NCBI GenBank assembly: GCA_003707115.1
Contig: PPNB01000012.1
Span: 1-64,000, forward strand
Direction: 5' to 3'
From: Tortispora ganteri
Taxonomy: Eukaryota
Length of the DNA stretch: 64,000 nucleotides
Shown: positions 24,354 to 36,310 of the stretch, piece by piece
Position numbering within the stretch: the stretch's first letter is position 1
How the letters are laid out: each line of letters begins with the position of its first letter
Notes under the pieces: model-generated
The model's database searches: none
The model's input: the letters and a program-made list of their open reading frames with translations, nothing else
What the model was told of the DNA's origin: nothing
Translations under genes and position numbers: made by a program

Positions 24354-25340
24354 AAGTAACGTCATGGAATTGCCATAGTAACGAGTATTAAAAGTTTCTT
24401 GAAAAGTTAATTAAGTGTGAGGACTAACATTGTGAACCAAGAAAATTATATTTTAACAGTGCAGTTTACATTGGATTGACGTTTTCAATGATTGAAATGA
24501 CATACAATTACTATTTTAATGTGAATTATGCGTATTATGTGATATAGTTGAAGTGATTTCAGATATAACCATACAAAATGCCAAGAAGACTATGTGATGA
24601 TTTACGGAGAACGTGAGAGTGATGCCACAAGAGGCGAAGTGACAAGAAGCATTTTGTTGCAGTTTGGTTTCAAAAGTTGCTCATGCAAAATTAACAGTAT
24701 CAATGTGGATCAGGATCTTACTTAATTTTGATATGTGTCCTGTTTTTCCATTCCGTGCCTAACTGGTTGGCATGCACAACTACGACTTCTGCATCGTATT
24801 CGTAAATTTATTCGAATAATTAAACAAGGTGAATCGTGCCAAGACGAATGGCTGGTCTCTTTATCGTTCGAATCTTAGTGCCTGCCTAAAATGGCATCGT
24901 TAGTCTGTGACACACTACTAATCCGAACCGGTATCAGAACCTTGCCATACTTATTTTGCTGTCAGCGCACGAATGAAATACAAACAACCACGTATGCATC
25001 CGATGATCAGCGGATAATAGTGATATAAAGCAGATTGTATCGCGCCATGTGTTGGCCTTCTGAATTCGCATCTAGTTCAGAACAACTGGTTTAAACGTGT
25101 ACAACTGTGAGGTGATATCGTACGATTATAAAGTTACCGCACGGCATAGGAGACTTGTGTTTCTGTTATCCTTAATAGGAAGTGTTATATCGACCAGTGG
25201 AAATCTAGTCCTCACAGAGTTGATAGGTCGGGTAGTTACACAACTTTCACCATTGTACGGCTGAACAGATTTAATAGCTATATAAATGTGCAGCACTTCT
25301 TCAGATGCCCAGTGATCTTCTCTTATTCGGCAATATAACT

Positions 25341-26165
25341 ATGGCTCAAGCGAATTCATCTGGAAACAAGTATCTGGATAAAGATATCGAGGCGTTACGT
25401 GCAGTTAATACTGCAGGAACTCTGCCCCCAGAAATCTTTGAACGCCTTTACTATCAACCAAAACCAAACAATGACAGCTCATTGAGACACAAGTTAGGTG
25501 TTCCAACAGGTCTGGCTATACTTCTGTATACATTGAACTTTTTTTTTATGTCATTTGTTCTGCTAGGGTGGAGAAATGCTGGAGCAGATGGAGCTGCAAT
25601 GGTTGGTACTTTTCCCGCAGTTGGAATTGCAGGAATAATTGTCGCGATATTTGAGCTTATACTTGGCAATTCCTTCATTTTCACTGTTCTTATGGCTTAT
25701 GGCGTGTTCTTTATGGCGTTTTCTTCCACCTTGATTCCATGGTTTGGTGCAAAGGCGGCCTACTCTGCTGTAGGAGATCCGATTGCGGGAGGCGCGACAG
25801 AGCAGTACATTGCAACCTGTGCAATGTATTTTATAGCGTGGGCTATTATCTCGCTAGTTCTTTTTGCTGGTGCTCTTATGGTGAATGCGGTCTTGACGGT
25901 GTTTCTTTTCTTAGTATTTGTGGTGTTTCTGCTGCTAGGGTTGGGTGGCTTGTACGGCGCCAGCGGCAATTTAGGAGCTATGTCAGGCCTGACACGGTCA
26001 GCTGGTGCTCTTGCGTTTGTGGATGGCTGCATAGGACTTTATCTTGCATTTATGAACGTCATGATATCTGTAGGTGTTTCTCCTATTCACTTCCCGGTCG
26101 GTGATCTCACCATTTACTGGGCATCTAAGAGGGGTGGTCATACTGACATTGAGAATACAATGTGA
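25341..26165 (+). CDS. GPR1/FUN34/YaaH (ATO/SatP) family membrane protein, AlcS-like
   Basis: TLPPEIFERLY, LGVPTGLA (variant of NPAPLGL/NPTPL), FELILGNSF; six hydrophobic segments. Alternative ATG at 25305. Confidence 0.85.
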   Translation: MAQANSSGNKYLDKDIEALRAVNTAGTLPPEIFERLYYQPKPNNDSSLRHKLGVPTGLAILLYTLNFFFMSFVLLGWRNAGADGAAMVGTFPAVGIAGIIVAIFELILGNSFIFTVLMAYGVFFMAFSSTLIPWFGAKAAYSAVGDPIAGGATEQYIATCAMYFIAWAIISLVLFAGALMVNAVLTVFLFLVFVVFLLLGLGGLYGASGNLGAMSGLTRSAGALAFVDGCIGLYLAFMNVMISVGVSPIHFPVGDLTIYWASKRGGHTDIENTM

Positions 26166-27360
26166 GAACCGAAGATAATACCGTCACTGGCTAAACTCAG
26201 GGTCTATTAAGGGATTATAGAGAAGGTGGGATACGATTTCACGCAAACGGCCTTTATTCGTTAAGCTATGCTACTTGAACATTTATTGGCAGTATACGCA
26301 GTACGCTGTAAATAGTGTCTTCGTAGCCACGCCTGCTAATACTTATCAAAGAGCCATCAGATTCACTCACATAACGTGCAGATACGTTGATTGGCTACAG
26401 TTCTTTGATTACGGGTGCTTCATTGCAGTGCATCATGAATAAGGTTATTTCGAACGCCCGGCGATCATTTCGAACACTGATTAAAGGCAGGGTATCCTTA
26501 TGTTTAAGCCGAGAAAACATTGCAAGATCTAATGTCTGTGATATATAATACCAGTATGCTAATTTTAGCAGCAGATTTGCTGCTAATTTGCGTGATAGTG
26601 CTGTTTTGAAAGAATATTTTTCCCGGAAGTACGGACAGAGATCATTACCCCACTGTAAGGAAACTTTGTTTTTTTTTTCTCCACAACCTCCTGACAAGGA
26701 GCGTCTTCGTCAATATAACAATTACAGCGGCAGCGAACGTGTATTTTTGACCGAAGAGTAGCCTTGATGACTTATTAATTATACTGGTATATTTTTTTTT
26801 AAAATTTTTGGGGCAGGATTCAGTCATTGATTATCGAAAGTCGTCGATACGGTGATTGCCGTGTGATTTTTTCTAAAAGTTAAACTGGAATAAAGGTTTA
26901 AACTTCTCGGAAGAGAGTCATGAGATCTCCATTGAGATGCCGTCTATTTTCCGCAATGGAACTTCACGGGAATAAAAACGAGCTTAGGATGCTGAAGGAC
27001 GAGATATTGACCGCTAGAAAAGATGCAATTAATCTGCTGTGTGTTTATTGATGGATAATTGCTGATAATCTCACTAGGGGGAACTATGTAGCTGTTATTA
27101 CGCTGAGCTCAATGAGGTGCTGCTGCTTATATTGGCCAATTTCTCTGAAAAACAAGCAGCCTTTTACTGTTGTGCATTTGCATTTCAATTCACTAATTGG
27201 AGCCACTGCCAGCGACATAGTGTCATTTATACGTGCGTTAGTCCGAGAATAAGTGGGGCACTTGATTTAGGTTCATTGACTCCTCATATTAACTGTGCGG
27301 AGAGCATATAGTATAAATATGCCTTTTTTTAGTTGTTTCAGGCAATTAATATTTTGCACA

Positions 27361-28188
27361 ATGAATATGAACGACGATACCCACTCAGGAAATGGATATT
27401 CCGACAAAGATGCTCAAGAACTTCGCGCCACAAACACCGTACACACTATTCCACCTGAGATTTTCGAGCGTCTCTACTACCAACCCAAGCCCAACAATGA
27501 CAGCACATTAAGACACAAACTTGGTGTTCCTACCGGTTTAGCTGTTATGATGTATACATTGAACTTTGGCTACATTGCCATCTGCCTCATGGGCTGGAGA
27601 GGAGCTGGAGGTGGAGGAGCTGCAATGGTCGGCACTTTCATTTCAGTTGCCTTTGTTGGTATAATAGTTGCTGTTTTCGAGCTAATTCTTGGTAACTCTT
27701 TTATTTTTACTGTTCTGATGTCGTATGGTGTATTTTACTTGTCATACGCTTCTACTGTTATTCCTTGGTTTGGAGCTAAAGCTGCTTATTCTGCTACCGG
27801 TGATGCTATCGAAGGCGGATCTTCACCGAGCTATATGGTGACTTGTGCGATGTTTTTTGTTTTGTGGGGAGTGGTGTCCCTTATACTGACAGCAGGTGCT
27901 CTCATGGTCAACTTTTTTCTAACCTGTTTCCTTTTCCTCGTTTTCCTTGCTTTCTGCATACTGAGTGCTGGATACTTCTACGCGGCCTCCGGAAACATCG
28001 CCGCTTTGCAAGATTATTCGGTCGCTGCTGGCGCTGTTGCGTTTGCTGCTGCTTGTTTTGGTCTGTATCTATCTATCATGAATGTCATGATATCAGTGGG
28101 TGTTCCGCCTACTTACTTCCCTGTAGGAGACTTCACTTCCTTCTGGGCTAAAAGAATTCGCCCCAAAGATATTGAGAACACAATGTAA
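27361..28188 (+). CDS. GPR1/FUN34/YaaH (ATO/SatP) family membrane protein, AlcS-like, tandem paralog
   Basis: Same motifs as 25341-26165 and the same DIENTM C-terminus. Confidence 0.85.
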   Translation: MNMNDDTHSGNGYSDKDAQELRATNTVHTIPPEIFERLYYQPKPNNDSTLRHKLGVPTGLAVMMYTLNFGYIAICLMGWRGAGGGGAAMVGTFISVAFVGIIVAVFELILGNSFIFTVLMSYGVFYLSYASTVIPWFGAKAAYSATGDAIEGGSSPSYMVTCAMFFVLWGVVSLILTAGALMVNFFLTCFLFLVFLAFCILSAGYFYAASGNIAALQDYSVAAGAVAFAAACFGLYLSIMNVMISVGVPPTYFPVGDFTSFWAKRIRPKDIENTM

Positions 28189-28930
28189 AACAAGAGGCTG
28201 GTTTCAATTGCTCCATACAATGCTTTGCATCTATGCTATATATTGGTCTGATGGCAGAAATGGGTAAAATGGTATTTTTACTTGGTGATGGATAGCATCA
28301 CAGTTTTACCATCACGGTGAGTTTAATTAACTGAAATTATAAGGAACAGAATGAATCATGTGTAACGTTAAAATAATACCGTTGATTAGTGATTTTATAG
28401 CATAATAGGCTGATCGAACAATTAACTGCGTGAAGGAGTCTTCAAGCTAGCTAATAAGTGTGCTAAGCAGATCAGAATGCAAGTCATGTTAATGAATGAT
28501 ATTAAATTTTAGCTATCATTTATTTGTAAAGTACGGATTTATTGCCAAAAAGCAGTAAAAGTTGTAGATTTGTAATATGGAAAAGGTTAAATGCCAAGAC
28601 ATTTTGTCACTTGAGAGTTACAACGACCCAACCTTATTTGGAATCACACCAGAGATAGCTTATAAGTGTTTTGAGTATGTATTGTATATTCAGCGGTTAT
28701 CAGAAAACTTAAAAAACTATTCCAAGACTTGTCAGTCAAATTTTACTATTCAAGAAGAGCTTGGAATAATGTTTAAAATGCAATATAAAAAACTGCAACC
28801 CGGTACACCATCTACGTTAACTGTTAGTTAATCTCAACTATTATATATTCTGTACGTAGCAAACTTCCAGAAGTAAAGACATAAGCAATACTGCAATCTA
28901 GAATAACTTGCATTTGAAAGACTAAACTTG

Positions 28931-30544
28931 CTATTGCGCTTTTATTACTTCAAAACCTTCGAGGGTCTCACAGGACCTTTCCAGCATCTGCTTGTAGGAC
29001 GGCAAGCCTCCCAGCCAAGAAATGAGTTCAGGTTTCTTTCCTGGAACATTGGTACCCATATACCAGCCCTTAGCTAGATGAAACAAGGAGTTAGTACCCC
29101 AGTCACGAACTTGGCCTGACCATACCTGCTCGTCTTCGCGTTTTGGATTGACAGCCTCAATATGCTGATCGTTCATATTCTTGATCAGCTTGAAGATGGC
29201 GTTTGCCTGCACTTCGATGGTTGAGGGGTTATTCGAGAACGCAATAGGACTTTGAGGACCACCGAGGAAAAACATATTTGGGAACCCGTTGGTTGTGACA
29301 GCCAGGAAAGTGGACGCACCCTCTTCACCCCATTTCTTAGTAAGAGTTTGATTGTTGAGACCTTTGATGTTGATTCTAGTAAATGGACCAGTAAGAGTAT
29401 CAAAACCTGTTGCAAGAATGAGAGTATCAATCTTGCGCTTGCCAGTCTTCGTCACAATACTGTCCTCTGTGAACTCAATGATAGGTTCAGTGTTGACATC
29501 GATGATGTCAACATTAGGACGATTGAATTGCTCGTAGTAGTCGGTCTCCATACAAGGGCGGCGACATCCAAAGGGGTAAGGAGGTTTCTCAGGTGCCAGG
29601 ATGGCCGCCTTCTTGGGGTCCTTAATGCGCTTCAAAACTTGACTACGCCAGAATTGGTACGCAGCATCATTAGTTTCCTTATCGAAGAACAGATCCGCGT
29701 AGTTTCCAACCCAGAAAGAGAAACCTTTCTTGTCCCAGATCTTCTGGAAGAATTTCTGCTTTTCTTCTGGGCTGTCTTCAGTTCCCTTGCGTTCTTGGCT
29801 AGGGATATCAAATCCTGAGAACGAAAAAGCACGGTTTGCGTAGTAGTCCGCGTAACCTTCTTTGGTGTTCTGAGGAGAGTTGTCATTCAGTTCCTCCTGA
29901 GGCATAGGTAGACAGAGGTTTGGAGATCTTTGGAACACATACAACTGTTTAGCAATAGGGCCGAGTTCTTGAATGCATTGTACTCCTGAAGCGCCCGTGC
30001 CAATGATAGCAATAGTTTTATCCTTTAGATCAAGATTTTCAGGCCAGTTGCTAGTATGGTATACATTGCCTTTAAATTGGTCTAAGTTTTTGAACTCCGG
30101 GGTGAGAGGCGCAGCCGAGAGACCAAGGCACGGTAAGAAGATCTTGCAGCGGACATGTTTACCATCTTTGAAGTACAGGTCCCATCTGTGTGCTTTCTCG
30201 TCATAGATAGCATCAGTAAGGAATACTTTGAAGTCGTAGTCCTTGCTAAGGTTCAAAGTCTTGTCCAGATGTCTGAAATAGTTCTGCAGTTCCTCCTGGC
30301 CAGGATAAGTTTGAGTCCACTTCCAGTCTTTTTGAGATTCAGGAATTGCGAGCTCGTAGAAAGGCGTATGCGAGTCTACGCGTGCACCGGGGTAGCGGTT
30401 CCAGTGCCAAGTGCCTCCAAATTCAGTGCCAGCATCAAAGCCATGCACATTGAGACCCATTTTGCGTAAATGGTACATCAAGTAGCAACCGCTAAATCCG
30501 GCGCCAATAATTGCAGCATCGTATTCGGGAACTTCACTTGCCAT
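28931..30544 (-). CDS. Type I Baeyer-Villiger monooxygenase
   Basis: GAGFSG, GGTWHWNRYPGARVD, fingerprint FKGNVYHTSNWP, GTGASG, LATGF. Confidence 0.95.
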   Translation of the reverse strand: MASEVPEYDAAIIGAGFSGCYLMYHLRKMGLNVHGFDAGTEFGGTWHWNRYPGARVDSHTPFYELAIPESQKDWKWTQTYPGQEELQNYFRHLDKTLNLSKDYDFKVFLTDAIYDEKAHRWDLYFKDGKHVRCKIFLPCLGLSAAPLTPEFKNLDQFKGNVYHTSNWPENLDLKDKTIAIIGTGASGVQCIQELGPIAKQLYVFQRSPNLCLPMPQEELNDNSPQNTKEGYADYYANRAFSFSGFDIPSQERKGTEDSPEEKQKFFQKIWDKKGFSFWVGNYADLFFDKETNDAAYQFWRSQVLKRIKDPKKAAILAPEKPPYPFGCRRPCMETDYYEQFNRPNVDIIDVNTEPIIEFTEDSIVTKTGKRKIDTLILATGFDTLTGPFTRINIKGLNNQTLTKKWGEEGASTFLAVTTNGFPNMFFLGGPQSPIAFSNNPSTIEVQANAIFKLIKNMNDQHIEAVNPKREDEQVWSGQVRDWGTNSLFHLAKGWYMGTNVPGKKPELISWLGGLPSYKQMLERSCETLEGFEVIKAQ

Positions 30545-31493
30545 GTCAGATTATTTAAAAGATGAAGAGAATAGCGCCCTGATGTTCAACATCGGTCCTA
30601 TATATACTCCACAAGAACCAGCATAGAGTTCCGCACAACCGCTAAAGCATAATGTTTAGTTAATCATAAACCGGTAGCCCGAGCCAATAGTGAAATCATT
30701 AGCTGGCTAGTCGGCCTTGCCAGTGGTGGGTTCAGCTTGAGAGTTAAGCAGCTTGCCCCACATTTCCCACTGAGCTGCCCCTCAATTGCAACTTTACTTC
30801 GAAAGAGCCAATCACAAAAACCAACTCGACAGTCAGTGATTTAAATGAAAAGAGCGAGAAAGGAAGCTTTGCAAACTTAGACTCAGCGTGCGAGGCCTCT
30901 GATCTGTAGTGAGATCGATGGCCATCAGGGTTAATGGCATCAAGCGCAGATGCTTTGCGTGGACATCGATTGTCATACCAGCTGCTAGAGATTCTTCTAA
31001 CTACTGCAAAAGAGCATAGCTTTTGGCATCACTTGACCTAAATGAATAGGATTAGATGTCCAATTCAGTGGAAAGCTGAAATAGCACCGACCGTAGGAGG
31101 CTCTTACGTTAAGTTGGTCTCGGACAGAAGGCAAAGCGTACAGCACCAGTAAGCTACAAGCGAATTAAAAGCAAGTCCGAACTTATTCCGGTGTGTAGCA
31201 AGAGGCTACTACGTGGCTTTCGAAGAGGGGGATTTCCGAAAGAAGACTCGGTCACTGTTAACAACTTGCCGTTTAAAGGCAGTACTTACGGGTAGATGTC
31301 ATCAACGATGTACAGCCAATAAGAGGCCGTCAAATATCACAAATACTACTGCTATTGGTCAATAATTGCGGGGTAAGGAAGTCTCACATATGAATACCTC
31401 TATCCTTGGTGCTACATACATTCTCTTTAAGGAATTTTGGGGCAGCATTAATTAGTATTAATATCAAGAAATCAGTATATTTTATTTATTTAC

Positions 31494-33119
31494 TTAGTTA
31501 GCGGAAATAGCTTTGTTCACTTTGAATCCATTGAACTGTTTCATGTTATCCAAGAGGTCATTATATGCCTCGAGACCTCCCAGCCAAGAGAGCAGTTCTT
31601 CGCGCTTGCCCGGTACATTAGCGCCAATGTACCATCCCTTTGCTTGCATAAACAAAGAGTTGTCTCCTGCATCACGGACCTGCTTGGCGTAAGCAACTTC
31701 GTTGTCGAGGATGGGCTCGATAGTGTCGATTCCCTGGGCATCCATGTTCTTCATGACATCAAAGATCACATCTGCTTGAGCTTGCAAGCACGAAGGGTTG
31801 TTGCTAAAGATAATAGGACTCTGGGGACCACCAATAAAAAACATGTTCGGGAATCCATAGGTTGTAATACCAAGGTAAGTAGTTGCACCTTCTTCGAACC
31901 ATTTGTCTTTCAAAGTGCGTCCATTGCGGCCCTGGATGTTGATGCGAGTATAGGGACCCGTGAGAGCGTCAAATCCAGTAGCTGTAATGACCATATCGAC
32001 TTTCTTAGCACCGCTTTTAGTGATAACAGAGTCTTCTGTAAACTCAATAATTGGTTCTTCCTTGATATCAAACAAATGGACGTTAGGACGATTGTATTGT
32101 TCGTAATAGTGAGTCTCTAAACTAGGGCGCTTGCATCCGAAGGGGTAAGGCGCTACTTTAGGAGCGAGTTTTTCAGCCTTTTCTTTGTCGTGAACTCGTT
32201 GGTGAATGCTATCCCTCCAGTAAGCGTAAGCGGCATCATTAGTTTCCTTGTTGAAAAAAAGATCAGAATAGTTGGCTACCCAGAAATAAAAACCTTTCTT
32301 AGCCCAGACCTCATCGAAGAACTGCTTCTTCTGTTCAGGAGTCTCTTCAGATCCTTTGCGATCACAACTAGGAATATTGAATCCGCTGAATCCTTGTGCG
32401 CGGTTCTTGTACCAGCTTTCGTAGTTTTTGCGTCGATTGGCGTAGGAGTAATCAGACAGGTCTTCTTGAGGCATTGGCAGCGCAAAACAGGGAGATCGCT
32501 GGAAGACATAGAGGTTCTTGACGACTGGAGCTATTTCTTGGATGCATTGCAAACCAGAAGCACCTGTTCCGATGACAACAACATTTTTGTCGTCCATGTT
32601 CACTGTTTTTTTGGGCCATCTGCTAGTGTGGTACACTTCCCCCTTGAACTTGTCATTGAGTCCTTTGTAGTCAGGGGTCATAGGTGCCGCCGACAGACCA
32701 AGAGAGGGAATAAAAAAGCGGCAAGTAGCGCGATCACCATTCTTGAATTTGAGGTCCCATCTGTTCGTCTTCTCATTGAAAATGGCGTCTGTAAGCCAGG
32801 TGTTGAAAGTGTAGTCTTTGCTCAAGTTGAGCTTACTGTCCATATGGCGGAAGTAGGATTGAAGTTCCTGCCAATTCGGGTAATTTCTGCTCCAGTTCCA
32901 TGAATCATACACTTCTGGGATAGTGAGTTCGTAGAATGGGGCATGGGAATCGACGCGAGCGCCTGGATACTGGTTGAGGTGCCAGGTACCGCCGAATTCA
33001 CTGCCAGCATCGTAGCCGTGAACCTTGTAGCCCATCTTGCGGAGGTGGTGGACCAGGTAGCAGCCGCCGAACCCGGCGCCTATAACTATAGCATCGTATT
33101 CAGGAATTGATTCTGACAT
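31494..33119 (-). CDS. Type I Baeyer-Villiger monooxygenase, tandem paralog
   Basis: GAGFGG, GGTWHLNQYPGARVD, FKGEVYHTSRWP, GTGASG. ATG at 33119. Confidence 0.95.
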   Translation of the reverse strand: MSESIPEYDAIVIGAGFGGCYLVHHLRKMGYKVHGYDAGSEFGGTWHLNQYPGARVDSHAPFYELTIPEVYDSWNWSRNYPNWQELQSYFRHMDSKLNLSKDYTFNTWLTDAIFNEKTNRWDLKFKNGDRATCRFFIPSLGLSAAPMTPDYKGLNDKFKGEVYHTSRWPKKTVNMDDKNVVVIGTGASGLQCIQEIAPVVKNLYVFQRSPCFALPMPQEDLSDYSYANRRKNYESWYKNRAQGFSGFNIPSCDRKGSEETPEQKKQFFDEVWAKKGFYFWVANYSDLFFNKETNDAAYAYWRDSIHQRVHDKEKAEKLAPKVAPYPFGCKRPSLETHYYEQYNRPNVHLFDIKEEPIIEFTEDSVITKSGAKKVDMVITATGFDALTGPYTRINIQGRNGRTLKDKWFEEGATTYLGITTYGFPNMFFIGGPQSPIIFSNNPSCLQAQADVIFDVMKNMDAQGIDTIEPILDNEVAYAKQVRDAGDNSLFMQAKGWYIGANVPGKREELLSWLGGLEAYNDLLDNMKQFNGFKVNKAISAN

Positions 33120-33299
33120 TGTATTTGCTTTCTGCGTCGACAAAGTCGTAAACGACTATATATATATATATACATGCGCTAAGAGGGGTCTAAATTCCAA
33201 GTATATACCGAAACCAGCTCCGGATCAAACGACATACACCTGTCTAAAGAAGGCAGAAAAAGGCGTGGGCACGCAAATCTAAGTTTCCTAAACGGTTAG

Positions 33300-34115
33300 A
33301 CAAGACATACCCCGCTTTTCTTCATTAGTGCACTACAATGTCAGCCTGGGGTAGCGGTTGCTCCCTGCGAGCCCCGCGAACATTTCGTTCTTGCTACCGT
33401 ACGATTATTATTGCTGAATAACTCAATCTGTAGTATAATAGAATGTTCCAAATCTAGGCAATTATCGTATTGTCATTATTGTAGGCCAAGCGATTGAGGG
33501 GCCACCGATTGAGCGAAAAAATGTGACCGTTCCCCCTAGTCAGTAAGTTTACTAGACCGTAGTTTATCCGAGTAGGCCGCTGCCATTCCATTTCTACAGC
33601 GTACGTAGTACACGGACACAAGGAGGGTTTAGTCAACCAATAAGCAGAAATAGGGCGCATTCTGGGCAACTATTTGTAGCTAGGGTGACATTCCAGGGCG
33701 ACAATGCGATTTAACGTTATTACTGGCAACTGTGGCCAAGAGGACGCGAAAGCATATGTATGACTTCCTAATTAATTCAATTCCGCTATTATACTCTCGC
33801 AGCAATAGGAACACCATTTTCGCTCCCATAGTGATCGCTAACAGCAATCAGATTTCTATAGGTTTGAGAAACTCGGCCAATTCAATGTAGCTGATGACCA
33901 GCTCAAATATCACAGTTATTTCTCAAACATATACTAATTTTAACTTTCTTAGTGTACTGTACGTGCGAATAGTAGCTTCATAGCGACTACAGAGTGGGCT
34001 TATTGCAGTAGCAGTTGGAGCTAATAACCTATACTTGTATTCGGTCCACAAACTCTAATGCTCAGGTGAACCTTATTATTGACTGTACCCCACAAGAAAT
34101 AATGCGGGGTAAACG
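33300..34115. promoter_or_regulatory. Mig1/CreA-type SYGGRG sites in the BVMO2-TF divergent promoter
   Basis: CCCCGC 33310, CTGGGG 33346, CCCCGC 33372, CCCCAC 34088, AATAATGCGGGGTA ~34098-34111. A near-identical AATAATTGCGGGGTA at 31361 lies upstream of BVMO1. Confidence 0.5.
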
Positions 34116-34339
34116 TAGCTCAGTCAGTATACTGAATTTGTATTCAAGTTTCAGGTAGCATGACCGTAACGTACAATATGAGAGCAATATGTAAACTTTG
34201 ATATTATCTATATAGCCGAATTACTGAGGTAGAAAGTCTTGTTGCTATTATCCGAAAAAAAAATACCAAGTTATCTACTCTCCTTGTTTCACTACCATTC
34301 CTGGTTCAGCGTAATCCCGATTGGCGACCTGCCATACCA

Positions 34340-36310
34340 ATGCAAAAAGAGAGTACTTTACAGACTATATTGCTGGAAAAAGCTGACATCAATCCGTACC
34401 CTGTACGTCGTCGCAAAGCAATTAGCGCCTGTGACAAGTGCCGAATGCGTAAATTGCGATGTGATGACTACTCGCCTTGCTCTAACTGTCTTCGAAACGG
34501 CTGCGAATGTATCAATTCGAAGAAAGTAGTGTACGATGGTAAAGGAGGCCGACCACGTAAAAGCCCTGATCTTCATGTTCATATTGACACCATTCCATTT
34601 ACCGTCGCACCACAGCGGCAGTACGTTCAACCAAAACCGTTCCCTCTCACAATATGCATTAATGAGTTCCCTCTTCTTCCACTTGAAGACACTGTAAAAT
34701 CAATTTCAGGGTCAGATTCGACGCTCACACCAAACTCCTTGTGTTCTTTCCTGCTTTCTAATGCGTCTAGTCCTGGACCAACTGATGCTGTATTAACAGC
34801 CGACAATCTGAACACGTACAGCCTCAGTGAAAAAGGTGGCGAAAGCGTGCCTTTCGATCAGTTCTTAAACTGCAGCAGTTTGCCAAAGGACTGGAAAGTT
34901 TTGCGGAACTTGTTCGACGCCTACTTCCAGCGCACACAATGGTACATCTTGGTGACCGTCAAGGAGTTGTATGAAGAAGAGCTGGAATATATATTGAGAA
35001 CTTGGCAGGTGCGCAGCGACAGGGAGGATTACGCAGCATGTATTGCAGTTATGCTGCTGGTAGCACAGGCTATTGATTCAAACATTTACGGGACAAGTAA
35101 TGCAGAAAGTAAAGAGAAAACAATAATATCCGAACTGGCAAATTTCGCAGAGAGATACTACGAAAAGATTTTATTGCTTCCAGCAACTATTCACAGAATC
35201 GCTTTTGTTCTTCTGTATTTCACATACCAGATCAACTATAGCAGGTCTCAGAGTTGCTGGGAAACCATGCAAGTTGCAGTGGAAATGGCTACACAGATGA
35301 AGCTGAATGAAGTGATGCTTACAACAAGCTCTCCACTGGAAAAAGAGTGTTGCCGAAGACAATGGCAAACCATGTACACATACACTGAATTTTACCATGT
35401 TTCTAGGAATAGTAGCTGGAACCACGGTCTAGCAGCGCTTTTTGGAGCTTCCGCTGCAAATGATGCTGAAAGTATCAGAGCAAATAGTTCAGAGTGCATT
35501 TTTATGCAGTATCACATATACCGCAGCAAGCTGTATAAGTTTGTCGGAAAGATTAGCGAGATAAAAAAAGAGACCAACTCCTCGTTGACAAAATTGCTTT
35601 CGTTAAGAGACAAGGTAGAAGAGGTGTATTCACAGTTTGGCCGATTCCCTGAGCTCCTTCCAGAATCATTGAGATTCGATAATCTTAGAGAGATAGATGA
35701 TGATGATTCTCTTGAAAGCATTTACAGGAAGCTGCAAACGGTTAATCTACGGTTCCTTTATAACTTCTTGCTGTTCAGCTTGCTTGCACCACATTTGGCT
35801 GTATCGAAAGCTGCTATCAGAGATGCGGCGGTACATAACCCTGATATCAACGAACTCGAAGCATTCAGAAAGATCAGTATTCTTCGTTGCAAAAGTACGG
35901 CAATGTTGGCTTCTGATCTAGTCGACTATCCCCGTATCTTGAAAATGATTGGCCGCAGTATATCTGCAGTATTCTTGCACTATTTCTTCTTCAGTTGTGG
36001 TGTCTTATTATGTCTCATTCTATCGCAGAACGACGAAGAAACGCGTGAAGATGAAATTGCTCATGCATTATGCCGCATTTCAGATCAATTAAGGAACTTC
36101 GCTCAGCAAGATCGCGCAGCCAAACAACTTGCCAGTTTGCTAGAACGTTTGGCGGAAAATGCTTTCTCTAAATCTGCAAATCCAGTTATCAATGGCCTAA
36201 CATCTGATGAGTTTATATCTTTATACTTTACCAATCAGAACACTTTACCAGATGTTTTCTTATCGAAGAAAGGCCAGCCTCGCATCCTTTCGTCCCCTAT
36301 CTCGGCGTAG
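34340..36310 (+). CDS. Zn(II)2Cys6 fungal transcription factor
   Basis: ACDKCRMRKLRCDDYSPCSNCLRNGCEC, plus a Fungal_trans-like middle region (LFDAYF, AVEMATQMKLN, EKECCRRQW). Confidence 0.92.
   Translation: MQKESTLQTILLEKADINPYPVRRRKAISACDKCRMRKLRCDDYSPCSNCLRNGCECINSKKVVYDGKGGRPRKSPDLHVHIDTIPFTVAPQRQYVQPKPFPLTICINEFPLLPLEDTVKSISGSDSTLTPNSLCSFLLSNASSPGPTDAVLTADNLNTYSLSEKGGESVPFDQFLNCSSLPKDWKVLRNLFDAYFQRTQWYILVTVKELYEEELEYILRTWQVRSDREDYAACIAVMLLVAQAIDSNIYGTSNAESKEKTIISELANFAERYYEKILLLPATIHRIAFVLLYFTYQINYSRSQSCWETMQVAVEMATQMKLNEVMLTTSSPLEKECCRRQWQTMYTYTEFYHVSRNSSWNHGLAALFGASAANDAESIRANSSECIFMQYHIYRSKLYKFVGKISEIKKETNSSLTKLLSLRDKVEEVYSQFGRFPELLPESLRFDNLREIDDDDSLESIYRKLQTVNLRFLYNFLLFSLLAPHLAVSKAAIRDAAVHNPDINELEAFRKISILRCKSTAMLASDLVDYPRILKMIGRSISAVFLHYFFFSCGVLLCLILSQNDEETREDEIAHALCRISDQLRNFAQQDRAAKQLASLLERLAENAFSKSANPVINGLTSDEFISLYFTNQNTLPDVFLSKKGQPRILSSPISA

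Noticed and set aside
28577..28831. 84-aa ATG-initiated ORF between the ATO paralog and BVMO1
   Set aside because: AT-rich convergent terminator region with no recognisable homology; likely spurious.
30840..31340. Possible oxidoreductase relic on - strand between the BVMOs (LEESLAA..ALDAINPDG)
   Set aside because: Only a weak aldo-keto-reductase-like fragment; cannot be supported without a search.
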